Shown: positions 15,741 through 24,000 of the stretch, piece after piece
Position numbering within the stretch: the stretch's first letter is position 1
Layout of the letters: every line of letters begins with the position of its first letter
Assembly (NCBI GenBank): GCA_048939265.1
Contig: JBHLPQ010000005.1
Coordinates: 24,736-48,735, forward strand
Direction of reading: 5' to 3'
DNA from: Promethearchaeota archaeon
Lineage (GTDB): Archaea > Asgardarchaeota > Heimdallarchaeia > Hodarchaeales > Hodarchaeaceae
Length of the DNA: 24,000 nt
The notes under the pieces: generated by a model
The model's database searches: none
Seen by the model: only the letters and a program-made list of their open reading frames with translations
Told to the model about the DNA's origin: nothing
Position numbers and translations under genes: made by a program

Positions 15741-17015
15741 CTAATTTTTTGGGGTGGCTCTCTCAACAGTTGTAAAGGTCATTGACAAAAGTAAAATAAT
15801 TGCTATGATTGTCATAATGCCTCCATAAATAAATGCAAAGGTAGGGGCTATATAATATAAAGATCCAGCAATGATTCCGCCAAGAATACCCGCAAATCCG
15901 ACAGAAGTCTGTAATAATCCTATTCCAGTTCCTTTAAGATCTTGGGGGAGTAAATCTACTGCGTATGCTTTTTGAATTCCATCAGTTGCAGCATTAAAAG
16001 CACCATATACTCCGAAAAATAGGAAAAGTAGGATAATATTTGTAGTAAATAGGAATCCAAAACATGTAATGGCATATAAAATTAGGCCAATTGCAAAAAC
16101 TTGTTTTCGACCATACTTATCAGACCAATCACCGAAAGGAATAGATAAAACCGTATAGATTATATTAAACCAAATAAAGATAATAATTGGAATTATTAAT
16201 AGCACTAGAGGGGTAGTCATTTCATTCATTCCTAAAACAGCTGTTTTTGAATGAAGAATAAACAAAAATATGGTAAAATTAGCTAATCCAAAGATTATTG
16301 AGACTAGTAGAAATTTATAATAGTTTTTAGGCAAATCTTTCAAATTTTGGATTAATGTAATTTTCAATTGCTCTCTTCTAGAACCATAATCAGCCGATTC
16401 TGAGATAAAAAATAATGGAATCAAAGCAAGTAGTGATATGAAAGCAGAAATGATAATAATAATCTTGAAAATTTCCAATTCACTGATTAAGATGTCGAAA
16501 AAGAGAAGAGCAATTATTAATGCTAGAAATGATCCAATAACAGCTCCTGCTGTGTCCATCATTCGATGAAAACCAAAAGCTTTTCCTCTTAAATTAATTG
16601 AAATTGAATCAGCGAGTAAAGAATCCCGTGGAGCACCTCGAATTCCTTTTCCTAATCTCTCAATCGGTTTCAAGATTAATATTTGTTCCCACGAGTTCGA
16701 TATACCAATTCCTAGTTTCGCAAAAAAAGGAATAAAATACCCTATAGTAATTATTTGTTTTCTTTTTCTTGTCTTATCAGATAAGTATCCGGAAAATACC
16801 TTGACAATATTTGCTACCGCGTCTCCTAAACCTCCAATGAATCCAATAACGATACTAGAGCCTCCTAACGCAGCGATAAAGAGAGGTAATACTGGAGTCA
16901 TCATCTCTCCTGATATGTCCGCAAAGAAAGAGACAAGACCCAGTAAAAGAACATTCCCTGAATACCATTTCACATGCTCCTTTTTTTTGATACCATTAGA
17001 AAGCTTCTGATTCAA
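15741..17015 (-). CDS. Major facilitator superfamily (MFS) transporter
   Basis: 424 aa, ~12 hydrophobic segments. 'SGEMMTPVLPLFIAALGGS', 'GYLSDKTRKRKQIITIGY', 'PFGDWSDKYGRKQVFAIGLILY'. TTG start. Confidence 0.9.
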   Translation of the reverse strand: MNQKLSNGIKKKEHVKWYSGNVLLLGLVSFFADISGEMMTPVLPLFIAALGGSSIVIGFIGGLGDAVANIVKVFSGYLSDKTRKRKQIITIGYFIPFFAKLGIGISNSWEQILILKPIERLGKGIRGAPRDSLLADSISINLRGKAFGFHRMMDTAGAVIGSFLALIIALLFFDILISELEIFKIIIIISAFISLLALIPLFFISESADYGSRREQLKITLIQNLKDLPKNYYKFLLVSIIFGLANFTIFLFILHSKTAVLGMNEMTTPLVLLIIPIIIFIWFNIIYTVLSIPFGDWSDKYGRKQVFAIGLILYAITCFGFLFTTNIILLFLFFGVYGAFNAATDGIQKAYAVDLLPQDLKGTGIGLLQTSVGFAGILGGIIAGSLYYIAPTFAFIYGGIMTIIAIILLLSMTFTTVERATPKN

Positions 17016-17153
17016 TAAATTCCACCCAGTCTCTTTCTTGAACTGACCTTTGATTGACCTGTACTTTTATTTAGCTTTTCTCTTCAGACTATCTAACTGT
17101 TATTTGCTGACAAAGATCTTAATCACAAAAGAGCTTTAGGAGTTTCTTTAATC

Positions 17154-18086
17154 ATGGATGTTATACTAATTGGAAACTCAAACTTTGCAGGTAAAATTGC
17201 AGAAGCATTACCATCTTCAGCCTACATTGGAATTGACGAAAGGATATTTTCTGATGGTGAAGTTTGTCCCCGCTTATTACTCTCTGAGGAGAACCAATTG
17301 AAAGGGGCCCACGTTGTTATTGCACTGCAATTGGAGCTGGATCAATCCAAAAACCAATATTTAGTCAGCTTACTCTGGACAATTTATAATGTTAAACGAC
17401 ATGATCCAGCACGAATTACATGTATAATGCCGTATCATCTCTATTCCAGACAAGATAGAGAATCTAGAAGGGGAGAACCTATTTCAAGCAGACATCTAGC
17501 TTCAGCACTAGAATCAGCTGGAATTGACGATTTTCTTACTATTAATTCACACACTTATGGAAAAGTAGATATTGCTCAATTTTTTACAAATTCTCAAGCT
17601 AACGATCTTTCTGCAATATCAATCTTAGGAACTGCTTTAAAATCACGTCTGTCATCCCCTCGAGAATGTATTTGTCTCTCCCCAGATGAAGGCGCTCTTT
17701 TTCTCGCAAAAGAGCTTGCGCAAGCAATGGACACACCTTATTTCGCTTCTATTCAAAAAACAAGGGATCCACAAACTGGTGAAATAACTCAAGAACTACA
17801 AACTCTTCCTTTCGAAATTAAGGATCAAACAGTGATTATTATAGATGATTTAGTTAGTTCTGGTAAAACGATGATTGGTGCTGCGAAGATCGCAAAAGCT
17901 AAAGGGGCTAAGGAAGTGATTTTTGCTTATATACACGCAGTTCATTCCCCCACTAGCTTTACAACAATGCTAGAAGTGAACCCCATTCTAACTATTGCTA
18001 CAGACACCATTAAAACAGATATCAGTGGACTTACCACTGTGAGTGTTATTCCTCTAATTTGTGACTGGATTAAAAAGAATAGCTAA
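17154..18086 (+). CDS. prs: Ribose-phosphate pyrophosphokinase
   Basis: 310 aa. 'FSDGEVCPRL', 'MPYHLYSRQDRESRRGEPISSRHLA', PRPP-loop 'VIIIDDLVSSGKTMIGAAK'. Confidence 0.96.
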   Translation: MDVILIGNSNFAGKIAEALPSSAYIGIDERIFSDGEVCPRLLLSEENQLKGAHVVIALQLELDQSKNQYLVSLLWTIYNVKRHDPARITCIMPYHLYSRQDRESRRGEPISSRHLASALESAGIDDFLTINSHTYGKVDIAQFFTNSQANDLSAISILGTALKSRLSSPRECICLSPDEGALFLAKELAQAMDTPYFASIQKTRDPQTGEITQELQTLPFEIKDQTVIIIDDLVSSGKTMIGAAKIAKAKGAKEVIFAYIHAVHSPTSFTTMLEVNPILTIATDTIKTDISGLTTVSVIPLICDWIKKNS

Positions 18087-18121
18087 ATCAGTCACCCTGT
18101 GTTTATGCTTTAAAAACGATT

Positions 18122-18265
18122 TCAAGACTCCTGATATTTGTCTATAAGGTCACGGATGGCAGAACGTACAAATTCAGAACGATTTGGATATTTACCATTT
18201 CTGACTAATTCAGCCATGGCATCGATAAGCTCTTCCTCTACATAGAGAGTAACAGTTCGAATCAT
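18122..18265 (-). CDS. Small ribbon-helix-helix (CopG/NikR/MetJ-Arc type) protein
   Basis: Not in the supplied ORF track. Reverse complement reads MIRTVTLYVEEELIDAMAELVRNGKYPNRSEFVRSAIRDLIDKYQES*. The TVTL strand followed by 'YPNRSEFVRSAIRDLI' is a classic RHH signature. Confidence 0.82.
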   Translation of the reverse strand: MIRTVTLYVEEELIDAMAELVRNGKYPNRSEFVRSAIRDLIDKYQES

Positions 18266-18333
18266 TTACACCTCTAGGGAAAAATCAAACACTTCAGTTT
18301 ATATCTCAGACATTAAAAAAAGGTTTTGCACAG

Positions 18334-19674
18334 ATGAATTGTTTGGATCATATTGCAATGAGAACTTTAGAAGAGAGTAAAACTTCTATTCATGTCTTAA
18401 ATTATGGATGTAGTGCTAATCGGGCTATTGCAGAAGGCTTAATGGGGATATTAAAAAGACATGGGTATACTCTCGCCAATTCTATAGAAGATGCTGAAGT
18501 AATAATTGTAAATACATGTGTTGTAAAGCAAAATACAGAGCATAGAATGAAGAGTAAATTACTATCTCTATATAAAACTAAGGAAATTATTGTGACTGGT
18601 TGTTTACCTGTTGTAATGCGTGATTGGATTTCAGAGAACTTACCCAATGCAAAGGTCCTCTTCCCAGAGGTTGCAAAGAACATTATAGAGGTACTTGAGA
18701 ATCGGCCTGTCTTAGAAACGAAGACTACTGTCCCTCACGAATGGTCACAGATGTATTCAGAAGAACGATTTCAATATAATCCTATCATTTCAACGATTGA
18801 AATATCTCGAGGATGTGTGGGAAATTGTGCTTTCTGTATAGTTAGAGATATTAAAGGAACAGTTCGCTCGCGTTCACAAGAATCAATCTTATCTGAAGTT
18901 CAGACCGCATTAGAACAAGGAAGTAGAGAAATTTGGCTTACCTCACAAGATAATGGTGCTTACGGCTGGGATTTCTCCCCCAGGATAAATATCTCAGATC
19001 TTATTAACTCTATCACATGTTTAAGAGGTAATTTTTTCATTCGAGTAGGAATGATGACTCCCATTGCAGTGAAAAGATTTTTCGATCCCTTGATTCAGCA
19101 GATACGGAATCCTAAGGTTTTTTCCTTTCTCCATTTACCGATTCAGGCAGGCTCTAATTCAGTTCTTCGAAGAATGAAAAGAAGAGAGACATATACATAT
19201 TTCATTGACCTTGTCCATCAATTACGCCATGAAATAGATGATTTTGTTCTAGCAACGGATATAATTGTTGGATTTCCAGGGGAATTGGAAGATGATTTCA
19301 AGGCGACTAAAGATCTTCTACAAAGAACAAAACCCGTAATTGTGAACATTTCGAAATATACAGATCGTCCTAATACACTAGCTTCAACCCTACCAAATAA
19401 GATCCCAACAAAAGTTAAAACTAGTAGAAGTCGAGAACTGACAAGATTAACTCAAGATCTAACTAAAAGAGAGCTAAAAAAATGGATTGGTTGGAAGGGA
19501 ATTGTATTAATTGACGAATATGGAAAATTTACTAATCAATATGTTGGAAGAAATCCCTCATATTTGCCAATAGTAATCGATGATAAAGATTTGTTACTAG
19601 GCCAGTTTGTTACAGTCTCTGTAACCGATCTTGGTCCAACATATCTTATTGGTGAAAGTGACAAGACCAATTAA
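18334..19674 (+). CDS. MiaB-like radical-SAM tRNA methylthiotransferase (archaeal/eukaryotic MtaB/CDKAL1-like)
   Basis: 446 aa. 'NYGCSANRAIAEGL', 'VNTCVVKQNTEHRM', radical-SAM 'RGCVGNCAFCIVRDIKG', 'ATDIIVGFPGE', C-terminal TRAM-like part. Confidence 0.92.
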   Translation: MNCLDHIAMRTLEESKTSIHVLNYGCSANRAIAEGLMGILKRHGYTLANSIEDAEVIIVNTCVVKQNTEHRMKSKLLSLYKTKEIIVTGCLPVVMRDWISENLPNAKVLFPEVAKNIIEVLENRPVLETKTTVPHEWSQMYSEERFQYNPIISTIEISRGCVGNCAFCIVRDIKGTVRSRSQESILSEVQTALEQGSREIWLTSQDNGAYGWDFSPRINISDLINSITCLRGNFFIRVGMMTPIAVKRFFDPLIQQIRNPKVFSFLHLPIQAGSNSVLRRMKRRETYTYFIDLVHQLRHEIDDFVLATDIIVGFPGELEDDFKATKDLLQRTKPVIVNISKYTDRPNTLASTLPNKIPTKVKTSRSRELTRLTQDLTKRELKKWIGWKGIVLIDEYGKFTNQYVGRNPSYLPIVIDDKDLLLGQFVTVSVTDLGPTYLIGESDKTN

Positions 19675-19708
19675 TCTTTCTATTAAAGAAAAAATGCGGG
19701 GGATGGGA

Positions 19709-19741
19709 TTTTCGCCTGCTTAGTTTGAAGCTAAGCAATGT
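19709..19741 (-). other. Predicted 33-nt BHB intron at 59/60 of tRNA-Leu
   Basis: GTGGG-TTCG-AAA-CATTGCTTAG cttcaaa CTAAGCAGG-CGAA-AAT-CCCAT. Perfect TTCG/CGAA central helix. Confidence 0.92.
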
Positions 19742-19772
19742 TTCGAACCCACGTACATCTATATGACTGGAT

Positions 19773-19790
19773 TGCTTATCAAATGGCGAT
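19773..19790 (-). other. Predicted 18-nt BHB intron at 37/38 of tRNA-Leu
   Basis: CTGGA-CTTA-AGA-TCgccatttGA-TAAG-CAA-TCCAG. Perfect central helix CTTA/TAAG, very small intron hairpin. Confidence 0.88.
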
Positions 19791-19806
19791 CTTAAGTCCA
19801 GCGCCT

Positions 19807-19866
19807 TTGGACAGCGCATTAATTTATGATATGTTAAGTTATCATCTAGCCCAATTAATGCTGCCT
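19807..19866 (-). other. Predicted 60-nt intron in D loop of tRNA-Leu
   Basis: Flanked by a direct repeat CAAAGGC, so the exact junction is ambiguous by several nt. Preferred: GGTC-AAA-...-GTCC-AAA with central helix 3 of 4 pairs and intron stem CATTAATT/AATTAATG. Confidence 0.78.
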
Positions 19867-20048
19867 TTGACCTAGCTTGGCTACCCCCGCATCTTAGAGA
19901 CATAGTCATATTGTTATGGGGGCAAGACTTGCTGGATGGGGATCAGTATTTATCTTTTTAAGGTATGACTATTAATTACCTATCTTAAGAAGCTCCTAAA
20001 AAAAAGAATGTACATCTTGAAATGGCTTAAATTGAATTCTCTAAGCTA

Positions 20049-20852
20049 ATGGATTATTTTTATTTAGAGATGATCAGATTGGTTGAAACTGATATATACA
20101 ATATATTAAAAAAGAATCCAACATGGGATTTTTCATCAGTTATTTTAGTAGAACCAAGTAAACCTCAAAATCTAGGTAATATCGCTCGCGTGATGATGAA
20201 TTTTGGCTTTTTAGACCTTGTACTAGTTAATCCTATTCTTAGCTTATCAGATCCCGAGATCAAGGTTATAGCTCGCCGTGCTGATATGATAATTAATCAA
20301 GCAAAGCTTTTTATGGATTTTCAGGAGGTAAGAGAGAATTTTGATTTCATAATTGGTACTACAGCTAGAGTAGGAGGTGATTACAATCTGAAAAGAATTA
20401 CTATCCCCCCAGAGCGGTTATTAGAGGAAGATTTTTCCTACAATAAGCTAGCAATCGTTTTTGGAAGAGAACAATCAGGTTTATCTAATGAGGAGATTAG
20501 TAGATGTGATTTATTGGTTACAATTCCAACTCACATCGCTTATCCTGTTTTGAACATTTCTCATGCAGTTGCTATTATTCTATACTACCTTTCTCAAAAA
20601 TTCCAAGAAATCTATCAAGTTTCAAAATCAAAATTAAAACACCGAGCGGCTTCATTTAGAGAACGCCAACAATTAGAAGGTTATTTTCAACAAGTGATTG
20701 AATCGACGGGTTATCACCCTGAAAAACATCACGTGGCATTACAAGCTTTTTCGAATATTCTCTCACGAGGATATGTCACAGGACGCGAGCTAACAACTTT
20801 AATGGGAGTAATGAAATGGATCAATCTTAAACTACAAAATAAAGAAAATTAA
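20049..20852 (+). CDS. trmJ: SPOUT RNA 2'-O-methyltransferase, TrmJ-like
   Basis: 267 aa. 'ILVEPSKPQNLGNIARVMMNFG', 'IVFGREQSGLSNEEISRCDLLVTIPT', 'YPVLNISHAVAIILYYL'. Confidence 0.87.
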   Translation: MDYFYLEMIRLVETDIYNILKKNPTWDFSSVILVEPSKPQNLGNIARVMMNFGFLDLVLVNPILSLSDPEIKVIARRADMIINQAKLFMDFQEVRENFDFIIGTTARVGGDYNLKRITIPPERLLEEDFSYNKLAIVFGREQSGLSNEEISRCDLLVTIPTHIAYPVLNISHAVAIILYYLSQKFQEIYQVSKSKLKHRAASFRERQQLEGYFQQVIESTGYHPEKHHVALQAFSNILSRGYVTGRELTTLMGVMKWINLKLQNKEN

Positions 20853-21022
20853 ATTAGTTAACAATCTCAAGAAAAACCAAACTAAGGAAAACTCTAGAAT
20901 ATATAATAGAAAAAATTAATGAAAAGAAGAAAAAGGAAGATGTATTGCAGTCCTTATACTAATGAAGGCTTAAATTAAAGAAGAATCACATATAAATTAG
21001 TTTCACAAAATCGTTACATCAA

Positions 21023-21095
21023 GCGCCGATAGTCCAGCCTGGTAAGACTCCTGTCTGCCACACAGGTGACCTGGGTTCAAATCCCGGTCGGCGCA
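21023..21095 (+). tRNA. tRNA-Gly(GCC), intronless
   Basis: Acceptor GCGCCGA/TCGGCGC-A, anticodon arm CCTGT-CTGCCAC-ACAGG, T arm CTGGG-TTCAAAT-CCCGG. 73 nt contiguous. Confidence 0.96.
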
Positions 21096-21138
21096 TATCT
21101 TTTCTAAGGGGCAGATCTAATCACGAAATAGTACTTCA

Positions 21139-22179
21139 TCAGGAAATTTTCTTTCGGAAGGTATCCCATCCTTTCATTGGTATAGGAATTAATGTTTCAT
21201 TATGCGATACAAAAACGCCCTGAGAATCGGTACATTCGCCAATAACGAAGAATTGACAATTATTTTCAGTAAATATTTGTTCTAATTTTCCTAAATTGGA
21301 AGGTGGAATGGTAAAGACGAGTTCATATTCCTCACCACCAAACATAGTCATTTCTAAAATTGTGTCAAATGAATCTAATGAAGATTTCAGCTCAGGATGT
21401 ATAGGAAGGTCAGATAATATAATTCCAATGTTAGAAGCGTCTGCTAGCCAATGTAGTGAAATGGCTAATCCATCAGAGCTATCGATTGAGGATGTTGCTA
21501 AATCATGTTCACTAAGTAAAACCCCTTCTTTAAGTCTTGGTTGAGGTTCATAAAGAGATATAATGCCAATATCAAGAAGGTTATCTGGGATAGCGTCATA
21601 TTTTCTAGTTTCTGGAGATAAAAGGTAGTCTAAACACATCGAAGTTAATCCAAAATGTCCTGTGACACAGATTAAATCTTTTTGTTTAGCACTTCTTCTT
21701 GTTAATATTTTTCCATTTTCTATAGTCCCCACTCCTACCCCTGTTAGAACTGTTTCAACTGAAGACCCTAAATCGCCACCTAAATATTTCGCTCCATATC
21801 TATGGCTCGTTTTTTGGATCGCTGTAACTAATTCTTTGAGCTCACCCTCCTTCATTGTTTTTTCTAGAACTAAAGACGATATGAATAAATCAGGTGCTGC
21901 TCCTTTCGCTGCCAAGTCAGAGAATGTTATTGCTACTAGCTTTCCTCCTATTTGCTTCCACGTTTGGTTTGGGAGAAAGTCAGAATACCTAGTCATGGTG
22001 TCAATATTAACAAGGATATACGGATGGGTGTTACTGTGAAGGTACGCGTCCTCATTCTTCCCAATAAGGTTAGAAGAATCAATATATGTTTGTAGGAGAT
22101 TAATGATGTTAAATTCTCCCAAATTCTCAAGATCTTCCATTTGTATGAATAGATCTCGTTCCACTATTTTTATTTTCAC
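21139..22179 (-). CDS. thiL: Thiamine-monophosphate kinase (ThiL)-like AIR synthase superfamily protein
   Basis: 'IGKNEDAYL', 'VNIDTMTRYSDFLPNQTWKQIGGKLVAITFSDLAAKGAAPDLFISSL', 'YLGGDLGSS', 'SSIDSSDGLAISLHWLADAS', 'GGEEYELVFTIP'. The track ORF extends to 22317 but would overlap the divergent gene at 22208. GTG 22179, GTG 22164 or ATG 22140 are more plausible starts. Confidence 0.85.
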   Translation of the reverse strand: MKIKIVERDLFIQMEDLENLGEFNIINLLQTYIDSSNLIGKNEDAYLHSNTHPYILVNIDTMTRYSDFLPNQTWKQIGGKLVAITFSDLAAKGAAPDLFISSLVLEKTMKEGELKELVTAIQKTSHRYGAKYLGGDLGSSVETVLTGVGVGTIENGKILTRRSAKQKDLICVTGHFGLTSMCLDYLLSPETRKYDAIPDNLLDIGIISLYEPQPRLKEGVLLSEHDLATSSIDSSDGLAISLHWLADASNIGIILSDLPIHPELKSSLDSFDTILEMTMFGGEEYELVFTIPPSNLGKLEQIFTENNCQFFVIGECTDSQGVFVSHNETLIPIPMKGWDTFRKKIS

Positions 22180-22207
22180 TTTACATTTAGGTCTTTCGTG
22201 ATAGTAA

Positions 22208-23326
22208 ATGAGTGAAAACACAGCCAAAAGCCACGAAACTACTGAAGCGAAGTTACAAGCTTTTATACAGCCAATTGTTCTCGTAATCCTGATAGCCATT
22301 ATTTTATCATTATTCACTCTTGATCTCTATGCAGCAATTCAAGAAGAAAACCCAGACTACTCTCGTCCTGATATTTCACCAATTCCTGAAAATCCGGAGG
22401 ATCCAGGTGGCATAGCTTATGGAGCGATACTAAATATGATTTTTTATGTATCATTAGCTTTTATTGGTGGATTAATAGTTTTGATCATAATGAAGAAAGG
22501 GTTTATTCAGTTTTTAGCATATTTCTTTGCAGCGATGATGGGTTTTAGCTGGTTCGTCTTTGGCTACTTCTATGGAGTTGTCGTTTTAAACGGAGTTCTA
22601 AATCTATTCTGGACAGTCTTTCCTTCCTTCTTTCAACATTGGATTAATAATTTTTTTGACTGGAAGGTGATGTTTGGAGGACAATCGTTTTTCATAATAG
22701 AGATGTTGTTATATCTTTTTTCCATACTCTTAGCTTTACTAGGAGCCTTTTCATTTGGAATTCAGAATTTCGAAAAAATTTGGATCCGAAATGTAATGAT
22801 GATATTTTTTGGCGCAATGATTGGTTCAATGTTGGCAATACATCTTGGATTACTTACTACTGTACTCATTTTGGTAGGTTTATCAGTATATGACATTTAT
22901 GCTGTGTTTCGGGGCCCATTAAAAGGGATTATTGATCATGGACGTGAAACTGCACAACAATTCGAAAATAATATGGTTCCTATTGATGAAAGGGAATTTG
23001 AAAAAGTACCTTTGCTACCAGCTCTCCCCGTTTATTCTACTCCTTTGATAAATATTGGTTTGGGTGACTTTGCATTTTTCAGTATGTTAATCAGTGTTGC
23101 TGTAGTAATAGGTAGTGAATTAGGCACACCAATTCCCCTTATTGCAGCTCTAATTGGACTATTCACGGGAGCCTTTTTTACATTCAGATTATTAAGAAAG
23201 GATCGTGCTCTACCAGGTCTCCCTTTACCAATCTTTGGGGGATTGGGGTGTTTAGTTTTAGGGGTTTTAGGGAGCTTAGTACTTGGAATTATTACCCTAG
23301 ATATGATTGTAGCACTCTTTGTATGA
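22208..23326 (+). CDS. Presenilin / signal peptide peptidase-like intramembrane aspartyl protease (archaeal PSH)
   Basis: 372 aa, multi-TM. The diagnostic triad 'SVYDIYAVF' (YD), 'INIGLGDFAFFS' (GLGD) and 'ALPGLPLPIF' (PAL-like) occurs in order. Confidence 0.85.
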   Translation: MSENTAKSHETTEAKLQAFIQPIVLVILIAIILSLFTLDLYAAIQEENPDYSRPDISPIPENPEDPGGIAYGAILNMIFYVSLAFIGGLIVLIIMKKGFIQFLAYFFAAMMGFSWFVFGYFYGVVVLNGVLNLFWTVFPSFFQHWINNFFDWKVMFGGQSFFIIEMLLYLFSILLALLGAFSFGIQNFEKIWIRNVMMIFFGAMIGSMLAIHLGLLTTVLILVGLSVYDIYAVFRGPLKGIIDHGRETAQQFENNMVPIDEREFEKVPLLPALPVYSTPLINIGLGDFAFFSMLISVAVVIGSELGTPIPLIAALIGLFTGAFFTFRLLRKDRALPGLPLPIFGGLGCLVLGVLGSLVLGIITLDMIVALFV

Positions 23327-23358
23327 TTACTCACTGGCTAAGAACTAAAGCTTGTAAA

Positions 23359-23634
23359 CTACATTGCGAAGAGCGCTTCTCTTTCAAGTTGGATAAGGTA
23401 TTCATTCACCTTTGTCTCGATATCAATGCCCAATTGTCCGGCTAAAATGATGGAATTCAAAAAAGTGGTAATAATTTCTTCAGCTACCTTTTCATTATTT
23501 AAAAGGTTGGGATCCACCATTTTTTGGAGTGAATTTACCAATCTTGGATTGAAAAAAGGTGATTTCACACTGTAACTTCCTGTGAAGTGATTAATCAATG
23601 TCTTAACTCTATCTTGAATCTCAGATACGCTCAT
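23359..23634 (-). CDS. Hypothetical small protein
   Basis: 'MSVSEIQDRVKTLINHFTGSYSVKSPFF...NNEKVAEEIITTFLNSIILAGQLGIDIETKVNEYLIQLER'. Coherent helical composition; faint MazG-like flavour only. Confidence 0.5.
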   Translation of the reverse strand: MSVSEIQDRVKTLINHFTGSYSVKSPFFNPRLVNSLQKMVDPNLLNNEKVAEEIITTFLNSIILAGQLGIDIETKVNEYLIQLEREALFAM

Positions 23635-24000
23635 ATAATACTGCATTGGGGTTTCACCATATCCGAATTTTTACTTCATGTTCTAATTAGTTTTTTCTTA
23701 TTTATTAATGTTTTCTGGAAATAGTACAGAGATAATTAATCAGTGAGGAGCTTGTAAAGTGAATTTATTCTTCTTTTTTGTCGTTATTTCTCCTATAATA
23801 CACTCGAAATAAGGGGGGCGGGGGGGGTTGTCACGGTAACTTCAATAGAAGATGATACCAAAACTAGTATAACCATAATTTTTTAGCAGTTAAGTCAAAT
23901 CTCAGGACATTAAAAAAGATGGAGGTGTGTTTTCCAAATAGATTATATCACTAATATTTGTAAAGAAGAAAAAAATCAGAATTTGATCTCCAATGTAGCA

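Larger units (their letters stand above)
19695..19890 (-). tRNA. tRNA-Leu(TAA), with three introns (D loop, 37/38, 59/60)
   Basis: Class II tRNA. Acceptor GCGGGGG/CCCCCGC-A, D arm GCC-AAGCTAGGTCAAA-GGC, anticodon arm CTGGA-CTTAAGA-TCCAG, long variable arm, T arm GTGGG-TTCGAAT-CCCAT after removing 19807..19866 (60), 19773..19790 (18) and 19709..19741 (33). 196 nt reduces to 85 nt. T-run downstream. Confidence 0.92.

Noticed and set aside
19807-19866. Interpretation of the 60-nt D-loop segment in tRNA-Leu, with flanking CAAAGGC repeats, as a transposon or integrative-element insertion
   Set aside because: Too short and without element-like termini. It folds as an intron hairpin and its removal gives a standard tRNA-Leu. 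The repeat is recorded only as a junction ambiguity.
19646-19909. 87-aa minus-strand ORF
   Set aside because: Spans the entire tRNA-Leu(TAA) gene. The apparent protein is tRNA and intron sequence read through.
22180-22317. N-terminal 46-aa extension of the ThiL ORF
   Set aside because: Overlaps the start of the divergent presenilin-like gene and lacks ThiL-like sequence. Shorter GTG or ATG starts are more plausible.

Overview
AT-rich, gene-dense archaeal chromosomal segment. Archaeal markers are L21e, RpoF/Rpb4, Pus10, TrmY, SRP54 and NOG1. An Asgard-type host is possible but not shown. Confident genes encode: NOG1 C-terminus, TruA, S-adenosylhomocysteine hydrolase, a tandem Lrp-like regulator, CDP-alcohol phosphatidyltransferase plus (archaetidyl/phosphatidyl)serine decarboxylase downstream of a lone A/V-ATPase catalytic subunit A, a coiled-coil + SWIM zinc-finger pair, DHH and HD hydrolases, RpoF, L21e, Pus10, TrmY, SRP54, an MFS transporter, Prs, a small ribbon-helix-helix protein absent from the ORF track, a MiaB/MtaB-like enzyme, a TrmJ-like methylase, ThiL and a presenilin/signal-peptide-peptidase-like intramembrane protease. 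The most striking content is not protein coding. Seven tRNA genes can be folded by hand, and six of them are interrupted by small bulge-helix-bulge (BHB) type introns, 13 in total: tRNA-Met(CAT) 4, tRNA-Leu(TAA) 3, tRNA-Pro(CGG) 2 (none in the anticodon loop), tRNA-Glu(CTC) 2, tRNA-Asp(GTC) 1, tRNA-Lys(TTT) 1. Four T-loop introns sit at the same site (59/60) and are 31, 31, 31 and 33 nt long. Standard tRNA scans are likely to miss or mis-annotate several of these genes. No CRISPR array, transposon or defence island was recognised.
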